From Clostridia bacterium (GTDB lineage Bacteria > Bacillota > Clostridia > Oscillospirales > SIG627): 64,000 nucleotides of DNA. The stretch covers positions 45,443-109,442 of the forward strand of contig JAFUKG010000043.1 in assembly GCA_017467865.1 (NCBI GenBank). The letters run 5' to 3'. This document shows positions 10,112 through 16,460 of this stretch, in pieces. The translations under genes and the position numbers were made by a program. Below the pieces are notes generated by a model that searched no databases, had not been told where the DNA came from, and worked only from the letters and a program-made list of their open reading frames with translations. Within the stretch, counting starts at the first letter, position 1. Every line of letters starts with the position of its first letter.

Positions 10112-10214
10112 AAAAACGCGGCGAGCCGCCGCTGGCATATCTCGCCTATCGTAATACTTCTTTTACCCAAAAAAAGCGAAACGGCGAGGTCACTGCAGAT
10201 GCAATTTCTTAGCA
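10112..10214 (-). repeat. Conserved terminator-capped noncoding element, copy 1 (candidate 3'-UTR/sRNA)
   Basis: A ~60-nt core, CTGGCATATCTCGCCTATCGTAAT..TTCTTTTACC..AAACGGCGAGGTC, is nearly identical to 45584-45642. On the minus strand the element ends in a GC hairpin (GCGGC/GCCGC) followed by TTTTT. Confidence 0.6.
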
Positions 10215-10215
10215 T

Positions 10216-10251
10216 ATAAAAAAGCAGGGAGATTTAAATCTCCCTGCTTTT
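10216..10251 (-). terminator. Intrinsic terminator of spoVG (bidirectional hairpin)
   Basis: GCAGGGAGAT-ttaa-ATCTCCCTGC, flanked by A and T runs and abutting the spoVG stop codon. Confidence 0.8.
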
Positions 10252-10539
10252 TCATTCTTCTGTAACTTCTTCTGTTTCGGCATTTTCAAGGGCTTCTTTG
10301 TAAGCCGCAAGAACCGCTTCTTCGATTTCTGTCCTGAACTCCGCGTTGATGGGGTGTGCGATGTCACGGTAGGTTCCGTCAGAATTTTTGCGGCTTGGCA
10401 TTACGATAAAATATCTGTCGTTAGCATAAATTACCTTGATGTCGTGTACTGCCAGCTGAGCGTCGAAAGTAAGCGATATAACCGCTTTAAGAGGACCTTC
10501 ATCAAATGTTTTTCTGATTTTGATGTCTGTGATCTTCAT
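10252..10539 (-). CDS. spoVG: Septation/sporulation regulator SpoVG
   Basis: 95 aa. MKITDIKIRK...HDIKVI...FIVMPSRK is the canonical SpoVG sequence. Confidence 0.95.
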   Translation of the reverse strand: MKITDIKIRKTFDEGPLKAVISLTFDAQLAVHDIKVIYANDRYFIVMPSRKNSDGTYRDIAHPINAEFRTEIEEAVLAAYKEALENAETEEVTEE

Positions 10540-10633
10540 AAACTTTGGCTCCCTTCCTGTTTGTACATAATTAATAAAAAATTTTGAACATAGAATGATT
10601 ATATATGCATTTTATTACATGAAAGGCGAAAAG

Positions 10634-11992
10634 ATGTTAACAAATTGTAAATTTTTCTATGACAAATATATTAAGGACAAAACTTGCCTTATTTTAGGTA
10701 TAGGCGGAGTTAGTATGTCCTCCATTGCTTTGGTACTGAAAAGCATGGGATATAAGGTGTCGGGCTACGATGCAAATAAAGGTTCTTACACCGCCCTTAT
10801 GGAAAAAGAGGGTATCGAGGTCTCCTACGGCGACGTGATGCCAAGTCTTGAAAACGTAGGCGCAGTTGTATATACCGCCGCTATAAAAGAGGATTTCCCA
10901 CTCTTGGTTGAGGCACGCGGGATGGGTATTGTTACCGTTGTGAGAGCGCCTTTCCTCGGGGAGCTTATGAAATGCTATAAAACGAGAATAGGTATTTCGG
11001 GCACTCACGGGAAGTCTACCACGTCGGGTATGATTTCCGAGATTTTCCTTAATTCCCCTCTCGACCCTACCATTATGATTGGAGCAGACCTGCCGTCCAT
11101 CAACGGCGGAGTAAAAATAGGGTCGAAGGACTCCTTCGTTTTTGAAGCCTGCGAGTACAAGGACTCTTTCCTTTCCTTTGCTCCCACAGTTTCGGTAGTG
11201 CTCAACGTGGAGCTTGACCACACCGATTACTTTAAGAGTATTGACCAGATGAAAGAGTCTTATACAAGATTTATGAATATTTCGGATAAGGCGGTAGTGT
11301 GTGCCGACAGCGAAAACGCCGTTGATGCGGCAAGCGGTTTTCATGGTGAAATTCTTTATTATTCGATGAAAAAAGGCGTAGGGGACCTTTGGGCAGAAAA
11401 CTCAAGGCTTAACCGCGGCTTCGGTGAGTTTGATGCATTTCTCAGGGGTGAATTTTTCGCCCATATAAAGCTTTCGGTACCCGGGCTCTTCCAGATAGGA
11501 AACGCTCTTGCCGCTATAGGTGCATCCGTCCTTTCGGGAATTGACAAGGATACCATAGTCAAGGGTCTTGAAGCGTTTCGTGGCGTGGGCAGACGCTTTC
11601 AGTACAGAAAAACGCTGAACGGTGCCGATATTTACGATGACTACGCACATCATCCCGACGAAATAAGGGCAACCCTTGAGACGGCAAAAAGCCTTGAAAG
11701 AGAGCGCGTAATCGTGGTTTATCAGCCTCACACCTACACGAGAACCCACGATTTGTTTGATGACTTTATAAAAGCCTTCGACAATTGCGACGAGGTAATA
11801 TTCGCCGACATATACGCCGCAAGAGAAAAAAATCTTTTCGGCATCACGTCGAAGGATTTGGCAGATAAGACTCCCCGCGGAAAATACGTTGGGGACTTTG
11901 AAAAGATAAGCGAATATCTGAAAAACAATATAAAAGAAAACGACCTTGTTCTCATAATGGGAGCGGGAGATATCATAAAGCTGGAAATTTAA
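10634..11992 (+). CDS. murC: UDP-N-acetylmuramate--L-alanine ligase
   Basis: GIGGVSMSSIA Rossmann region and GTHGKSTT P-loop. Start placed at the ATG (MLTNCKF) 7 nt after GAAAGG. The track ORF begins 39 nt upstream. Confidence 0.9.
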   Translation: MLTNCKFFYDKYIKDKTCLILGIGGVSMSSIALVLKSMGYKVSGYDANKGSYTALMEKEGIEVSYGDVMPSLENVGAVVYTAAIKEDFPLLVEARGMGIVTVVRAPFLGELMKCYKTRIGISGTHGKSTTSGMISEIFLNSPLDPTIMIGADLPSINGGVKIGSKDSFVFEACEYKDSFLSFAPTVSVVLNVELDHTDYFKSIDQMKESYTRFMNISDKAVVCADSENAVDAASGFHGEILYYSMKKGVGDLWAENSRLNRGFGEFDAFLRGEFFAHIKLSVPGLFQIGNALAAIGASVLSGIDKDTIVKGLEAFRGVGRRFQYRKTLNGADIYDDYAHHPDEIRATLETAKSLERERVIVVYQPHTYTRTHDLFDDFIKAFDNCDEVIFADIYAAREKNLFGITSKDLADKTPRGKYVGDFEKISEYLKNNIKENDLVLIMGAGDIIKLEI

Positions 11993-11998
11993 AATTTT

Positions 11999-12028
11999 CG
12001 GGGATGCTTGGCACATCCCCGAATTTTT
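11999..12028 (+). terminator. Intrinsic terminator of murC
   Basis: CGGGGATG-cttggca-CATCCCCG followed by AATTTTT. Confidence 0.75.
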
Positions 12029-12030
12029 AC

Positions 12031-12059
12031 TTGAAAAAAGTATGACTATATGCTATAAT
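12031..12059 (+). promoter_or_regulatory. Consensus-like sigmaA promoter that now drives only an 18-codon ychF-like mini-ORF
   Basis: TTGAAA, 17-nt spacer, TATAAT with a TGc extended -10. An AGGAG RBS and the ATG at 12096 follow. Confidence 0.55.
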
Positions 12060-12095
12060 GTACCAGAAAATTATGTTTTAGGAGAATAAATATAT

Positions 12096-12152
12096 ATGAA
12101 GCTCGGAATTGTAAAACATATGCCATTTTCATATCTCTATAAAACTCCATAA
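12096..12152 (+). pseudogene. Displaced duplicate of the ychF 5' end (MKLGIV...), 18 codons
   Basis: ATGAAGCTCGGAATTGTA encodes MKLGIV, the same six residues as the real ychF start at 15091 (ATGAAGCTTGGTATAGTC). It has its own RBS and reaches a stop after 18 codons. Confidence 0.4.
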
Positions 12153-12234
12153 AAGTCGACAAAACCCTTATTATACAAGACTTTTTTGAAGGTCAATTAA
12201 AATTATCTCTATATTTCTCCATAAAACTCCACGC

Positions 12235-12286
12235 AAAAATGGTGTAGTAAATTGTGTAGTAAATAATGTAAAATTTGGTGCGGCAA
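12235..12286 (+). repeat. Left boundary repeat: 12-nt iterations
   Basis: ATGGTGTAGTAA, ATTGTGTAGTAA, ATAATGTAAAAT, TTGGTGCGGCAA. The first unit carries the 13-nt direct repeat. Confidence 0.6.
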
Positions 12287-12332
12287 TTAACTTATTTTTT
12301 ATGAGATAAAGTCAATACAACAATGTTGCACC

Positions 12333-12368
12333 AAAGAAAAAACACGGCATTCGATTGAATGTCGTGTT
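12333..12368 (-). terminator. Intrinsic terminator of the island cargo operon
   Basis: AACACGGCATTC-gatt-GAATGTCGTGTT with one G-T pair, followed on the minus strand by TTTTTTCTTT. Confidence 0.7.
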
Positions 12369-12456
12369 TTGATTTGTGTGCAGTTTTTACTAATTTTGTG
12401 GTATTTTTACTTTAAATAGTGTCGTCTATTAACAGTGTTTTTAATTGATATGCTAT

Positions 12457-12645
12457 TTAATCAAATGACTCAACCAGCTCCAAAACATCTTTGGGCGTAG
12501 TGAAAACATCTATAGTGTCACCATCATCATCAAAAAACTCAACTTCAAAGTCATTTTCATTATATTTATGAACAATGGTTCCTTCTGTGTTGATAGGCAT
12601 CCCTTCAAATTCTTTGACAAGACGTACAACATCAAGTTCTTTCAT
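12457..12645 (-). CDS. DUF4926-like small acidic protein (candidate immunity/antitoxin partner)
   Basis: 62 aa. MKELDVVRLVKEF...EGTIVHKYNENDFEVEF..DGDTIDVF matches the DUF4926 pattern as I remember it. GAAAGGAAG RBS; the start is 5 nt after the upstream stop. Confidence 0.65.
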   Translation of the reverse strand: MKELDVVRLVKEFEGMPINTEGTIVHKYNENDFEVEFFDDDGDTIDVFTTPKDVLELVESFD

Positions 12646-12650
12646 GTATG

Positions 12651-13052
12651 TTATCTTCCTTTCTTATCCGGATAAACAGTTATTATTTTGTATGTTATTC
12701 TTCTATTATCTCTTTGAATAACAACTACGACATTTGCCTTAACTCTTCCACCATTTTTGCCTACTAGCTCGGTGTTGTAGGTGTGTCGCACTCCATACGG
12801 AGTGTTAACAGTTTTACTGGGAGTTTTGTTTGTTATTGAATCAACGACATTTTTATGGAAGGCACGAGAATCGCTTTTAGTATATCCCAGCACATCTTTC
12901 ATGAATTTTGCTTTTGAGCCACCTTTAGGATGCTCTGTATTCAGAAGATAACCTGTTGTTTTCTTCTGACTGTATCTTACATCACTATTTTTTGAAACTG
13001 GTGGATTGCTACCCTTTGTCCTTCCGAAATTTCCGCCCATTCCTCCACCCAT
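12651..13052 (-). CDS. DUF6883-like protein (candidate toxin-type partner)
   Basis: 133 aa with a Gly-rich N-terminus (MGGGMGGNFG), then GYLLNTEHPKGGSKAKFMKDVLGYT and a C-terminal VVVVIQRDNRRITYKIITVYP, which resembles DUF6883 from memory. Its ATG overlaps the DUF4417 stop (TAATG). Confidence 0.6.
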   Translation of the reverse strand: MGGGMGGNFGRTKGSNPPVSKNSDVRYSQKKTTGYLLNTEHPKGGSKAKFMKDVLGYTKSDSRAFHKNVVDSITNKTPSKTVNTPYGVRHTYNTELVGKNGGRVKANVVVVIQRDNRRITYKIITVYPDKKGR

Positions 13053-13717
13053 TAAGCAGTCACCCGCTTTCTGGATTTTGAAAACTCACTTTCAAAAGAA
13101 ATGATATTTATGCCCTTGTCACGATACAGTCCAAAAATCTTATCAGGTGCTCTGCCGTAAACTACAATGTTTTTAGGTGAAAGATTTTCGACAAGCACCG
13201 CAAGACCTGTTTGAAAATATGATCTATCTTCTTTTGTTTTCAAGCAACCGTGTGTACCCACTGCGACAGTTTTGTTCTTCTCAATTCCGTCAAAACAAAA
13301 ATCAAAGGTGCGTTCGTCATTGAAGCGCACATTCGGGATAATTTCAATTCCGTTATTCTGTAACCATACAGCAATTGCTCTGCCTCGATATGTATTCCAT
13401 TGCTGCATAACAAGGGGCATATTGCGGTAAAGACTAAAATCAGGAGAAATAACCCCGTTAAAATTTTTTAGCTTTTCAATATAGGCTTTTGGATTGTTCC
13501 ATAGACGTTCAAAGTTTTTGTCATGCTCGTAAAAAACAACCCATTTATCAAAATCATTGCAAGATTTTGACATAGCCTTTGAAAAGGTGATTACATCGTT
13601 TGGGAGTTTTTGACTTGTTTTTATGCAAGGCAGTTCTATCCCTTCACTGTAATCTGCATTTTCAACCAAGAAAGCGTGAAAAACATCATAATCAGTATTC
13701 AATTTTTTGTCATTCAT
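13052..13717 (-). CDS. DUF4417 domain protein
   Basis: 221 aa. The PDFSLYRNMP, WNTYRGR, GIEIIPNV and FDFCFDGIEKNKTVAVGTHGC motifs match the DUF4417 family as remembered. Confidence 0.65.
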   Translation of the reverse strand: MNDKKLNTDYDVFHAFLVENADYSEGIELPCIKTSQKLPNDVITFSKAMSKSCNDFDKWVVFYEHDKNFERLWNNPKAYIEKLKNFNGVISPDFSLYRNMPLVMQQWNTYRGRAIAVWLQNNGIEIIPNVRFNDERTFDFCFDGIEKNKTVAVGTHGCLKTKEDRSYFQTGLAVLVENLSPKNIVVYGRAPDKIFGLYRDKGINIISFESEFSKSRKRVTA

Positions 13718-13796
13718 TAAATATTTTTTTACCTCCGTAATAGAAAATTTTCTTTTGAGATGTAGATTTTTATCTCAAATACTTGATTTTTCTTTA

Positions 13797-13846
13797 CGGA
13801 TATGCTAAAATACACTTGCGTTATAGGTATATGCTTAGCATATCCG
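13797..13846. promoter_or_regulatory. Operator-like inverted repeats upstream of the cargo operon
   Basis: CGGATATGCTAA-N26-TTAGCATATCCG. The right arm contains the perfect palindrome ATATGCT-T-AGCATAT (13829-13843). Confidence 0.45.
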
Positions 13847-13931
13847 AGATTGAACACATTAATTAGTTGCTGGTAACAACTTTTTGATGTGTTTTTTCTT
13901 TACACACATATAAACATCACCTCCAAAATAA

Positions 13932-14498
13932 TCAAACGGCTTTATCAAACAACGAAAGTAATTGAAGTTCATAGTCCAAGAACTCTGAACTGCCATACTG
14001 CAACCACTTATTATAAAAAGACATAGCGTAATATGCACACTCTTGGCTCAAATCAAATGCTTCGGCAATGTCCATATAATCTTCGGGTTTTATTTTGTGT
14101 ACAAGCGGTGGCGGTGCAAGGGAATACTTTGCAAAGAAGTTGGCTTCGCTTTCCGCCAATTCACTGTGTTCCGTATGTTCTAAAACGATATGTCCGATTT
14201 CGTGCATAATAGTAAAACGAATACGTTCTCTTGATTTTGTGTCGTCATAGAAAATATACCATTGATATGACTCAAAAGGTACAGGACCTTCTTTGAGCAA
14301 CATACAAAAACCATCTTCGCTTACTTCTTTTGCTTTTATCAAAGCCACATCTGTCAAGCCTGAATACTTTCGTAGTTTTATACACATTTTTTGACAAATT
14401 TCAAAACAATCAATAGGAATTCGCCTTATATCATTTTTTGTAAACATATTTACAACTGTTTGTTTGATATTCTCGTATCTGGTGCCAGTTAATCTCAA
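13932..14498 (-). CDS. ImmA/IrrE-family metallopeptidase
   Basis: 188 aa with the HExxH motif HEIGHIVLEH. TTG start 6 nt after GGAGGA, directly downstream of the XRE gene. Confidence 0.85.
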   Translation of the reverse strand: MRLTGTRYENIKQTVVNMFTKNDIRRIPIDCFEICQKMCIKLRKYSGLTDVALIKAKEVSEDGFCMLLKEGPVPFESYQWYIFYDDTKSRERIRFTIMHEIGHIVLEHTEHSELAESEANFFAKYSLAPPPLVHKIKPEDYMDIAEAFDLSQECAYYAMSFYNKWLQYGSSEFLDYELQLLSLFDKAV

Positions 14499-14509
14499 GG
14501 GCTATCCTC

Positions 14510-14836
14510 CTATTTGCTTTGCGTATCAAAAAGTGCGTTGATAAGTTCTCTTTTTTGCTCGTCGGTCATAAGTGCAGCATTTCTTGCAATCAATCTTTGA
14601 ATTTGCGGGTAATCGTTTTTTAAGTCAGCATTTTCCTCTTTATCCAAAAGGTAATCAGAAGTTGTCTGTAAGGCTGTTGCGATGTTAGCCACAATTTCTC
14701 CTCTTGGAACACGGCTGTCTTTTACATATCGTGACATTGTTGCTTCCGTTACTCCTACAATAATTGCAAGTTCTTTTTGTGTCATTCCTTTTTTGTGTAA
14801 GAGTTCTAATATTCTCTCTCCAAATGTTTTAGACAT
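14510..14836 (-). CDS. XRE-family HTH repressor (ImmR-like)
   Basis: MSKTFGERILELLHKKGMTQKELAIIVGVTEATMSRYV helix-turn-helix. Start moved to ATG 14836, 7 nt after GGAGGTG. Confidence 0.85.
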   Translation of the reverse strand: MSKTFGERILELLHKKGMTQKELAIIVGVTEATMSRYVKDSRVPRGEIVANIATALQTTSDYLLDKEENADLKNDYPQIQRLIARNAALMTDEQKRELINALFDTQSK

Positions 14837-14867
14837 TATAAACACCTCCGTTTTATAACTTACCATT

Positions 14868-14896
14868 ATTATAATTGATGTTACTGTTTTTGTCAA
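14868..14896 (-). promoter_or_regulatory. Consensus sigmaA promoter of the XRE/ImmA operon
   Basis: On the minus strand: TTGACA, 17-nt spacer, TATAAT. Confidence 0.65.
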
Positions 14897-14945
14897 GTCT
14901 TTTTTAAAAAACAATATATAAGCCTCTCAAATTAGTAAAATGCCG

Positions 14946-14974
14946 TTGATTTTAAATTCAAAATATGATATAAT
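14946..14974 (+). promoter_or_regulatory. Divergent rightward island promoter reading into ychF
   Basis: TTGATT, 17-nt spacer, TATAAT with a TGa extended -10. Back-to-back with the repressor promoter and 117 nt upstream of the ychF ATG. Confidence 0.6.
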
Positions 14975-15013
14975 GTTTAGAAATCATAGCGAAAGAAAAT
15001 ATTGCCTTTTTGA

Positions 15014-15040
15014 AAAAATGGTGTAGAAATGGTGTAAACC
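15014..15040 (+). repeat. Right boundary repeat
   Basis: AAAAATGGTGTAG (exact copy of 12235-12247) within ATGGTGTAGAA/ATGGTGTAAACC iterations. Confidence 0.6.
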
Positions 15041-15090
15041 ACCGAATTTTTTGCCCAAAAAGCGCTATATATAAGGAGATGTAAAATTTT

Positions 15091-16194
15091 ATGAAGCTTG
15101 GTATAGTCGGACTTCCAAACGTTGGAAAGTCTACTCTTTTTAATGCTATAACGGGAGCGGGAGCAGAGGCGGCAAACTACCCTTTCTGTACCATTGACCC
15201 CAACGTAGGCGTGGTAACGGTGCCCGATGAGCGCCTTGACGTGCTGGCTAAGATGTACTCCCCCGAAAAGATAACAAAGGCTATTATTGAATTCGTTGAC
15301 ATTGCAGGTCTTGTAAAGGGTGCAGCGGCAGGCGAAGGTCTTGGAAACAAGTTCTTGTCTCACATCCGTGAGGTTGACGCAATTGTGCACGTGGTAAGAT
15401 GCTTCGAGAATGCCGACGTTATTCACGTAAACTCAAAAATTGACCCCCTTGACGATATACAGACTATCAACACAGAGCTCATTCTCTCGGATATCGAAAT
15501 TCTCGACAGAAGAATTGACAGAGCTACAAAGGCTCTCAAGGGCGATAAGAGCGTTCAAGCCGAGCTTGATTTCTTAAACCGACTCAAAGCGCACCTTGAC
15601 GGCGGAGAGAGTGCAAGAAGCCTTGAAAGAAGCGAGGACGAGGAGAAGTTTATGGCAGATATCCCTCTTCTGTCTGCTAAGCCTATAATTTATGCGGCAA
15701 ACATCGGTGAGGACGATATCCCCGATATCGACTGTCTCGAAGAGAAAAATGAGAACTACAAGGCGGTAGCCGACTTCGCAAGAAGCGAAAATTCGGGTGT
15801 GCTTCCCATCTGCGCTAACATTGAAGCGGAGATAGCAGAGCTTGACGACGAAGAAAAGGCAATGTTCCTTGAGGACTTAGGGCTTAAGACCTCGGGCCTT
15901 GACAGACTTATAAAGGAAAGCTACACACTTCTCGGTCTTATAAGCTTCCTTACCGCAGGACAGCCCGAGGTAAGAGCATGGACTATCAAGAAGGGCACCA
16001 AGGCGCCCCAGGCGGCAGGTAAGATACACTCGGATATCGAAAGAGGCTTTATCAGAGCCGAAATTATTGCCTACGACGACCTTATCGCCTGCGGCTCAAT
16101 GAACGCCGCGAAAGAAAAGGGACTGCTCAGAAGCGAAGGCAAGGACTATATAATGAAAGACGGAGACGTAACGCTGTTTAGGTTTAACGTATAA
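15091..16194 (+). CDS. ychF: Ribosome-binding ATPase YchF
   Basis: 367 aa with MKLGIVGLPNVGKSTLFNA G1 motif, a TGS-like C-terminus and the ending ...VTLFRFNV. Confidence 0.95.
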   Translation: MKLGIVGLPNVGKSTLFNAITGAGAEAANYPFCTIDPNVGVVTVPDERLDVLAKMYSPEKITKAIIEFVDIAGLVKGAAAGEGLGNKFLSHIREVDAIVHVVRCFENADVIHVNSKIDPLDDIQTINTELILSDIEILDRRIDRATKALKGDKSVQAELDFLNRLKAHLDGGESARSLERSEDEEKFMADIPLLSAKPIIYAANIGEDDIPDIDCLEEKNENYKAVADFARSENSGVLPICANIEAEIAELDDEEKAMFLEDLGLKTSGLDRLIKESYTLLGLISFLTAGQPEVRAWTIKKGTKAPQAAGKIHSDIERGFIRAEIIAYDDLIACGSMNAAKEKGLLRSEGKDYIMKDGDVTLFRFNV

Positions 16195-16228
16195 AAGAAG
16201 GAGCTTTAAGCTCCTTCTTTTATACGTT
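16186..16228 (+). terminator. ychF terminator (perfect 19-bp-arm palindrome including the stop codon)
   Basis: AACGTATAAAAGAAGGAGC-tttaa-GCTCCTTCTTTTATACGTT. Confidence 0.75.
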
Positions 16229-16360
16229 AATGCAGAGTGCTGAATGCTGAATGCTGAATTAAGGAAAATTTGCCTAAAGGCAAATTAAATATAATTGTAA
16301 ATTTCGGCAAAGCCGAAATTGTCCACAATTCTGCATTCATCACTCATCATTCATCATTCA
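16229..16360 (+). repeat. Heptad-repeat palindromic element, copy B (complete)
   Basis: AATGCAG/AGTGCTG/AATGCTG/AATGCTG, AATTAAGG, two hairpins (AAATTTGCC-taa-AGGCAAATT and AAATTTCGGC-aaa-GCCGAAATT), then the inverted arm CAATTCTGCATTCATCACTCATCATTCATCATTC. Confidence 0.85.
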
Positions 16361-16460
16361 AAAAAGGCTGTTTGGTGCACTATCCGTAAGGAAAGTGCAC
16401 CAATTGTTTCTAATTAAAAATAGGCAAAATTTGTAGAAATATTCAGGTGACGCCAAGTGT

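Larger units (their letters stand above)
12235..15026. mobile_element. Degraded integrative element: immunity-region stump plus cargo, no recombinase
   Basis: Bounded by the exact 13-nt direct repeat AAAAATGGTGTAG (12235-12247 and 15014-15026). Contains an XRE/ImmA pair and a 3-gene cargo cassette, and is visibly more AT-rich than the flanks. Confidence 0.5.

Noticed and set aside
10084-10219. Small ORFs across the conserved element: 36 aa on the plus strand and 43 aa on the minus strand in copy 1
   Set aside because: A 1-nt indel between the two copies shifts the frame. The minus-strand ORF of copy 1 is stopped after 4 codons in copy 2. Conservation is at the nucleotide and structure level, not at the protein level.
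12235-15026. Island as an intact prophage or ICE
   Set aside because: Only five small genes are present, with no integrase, excisionase, replication, packaging or conjugation genes. At best it is a remnant.
14977-15426. 149-aa minus-strand ORF spanning the island's right end and the ychF start
   Set aside because: It overlaps the conserved ychF N-terminus in antisense and the promoter and direct-repeat region. It has no RBS and is considered spurious.
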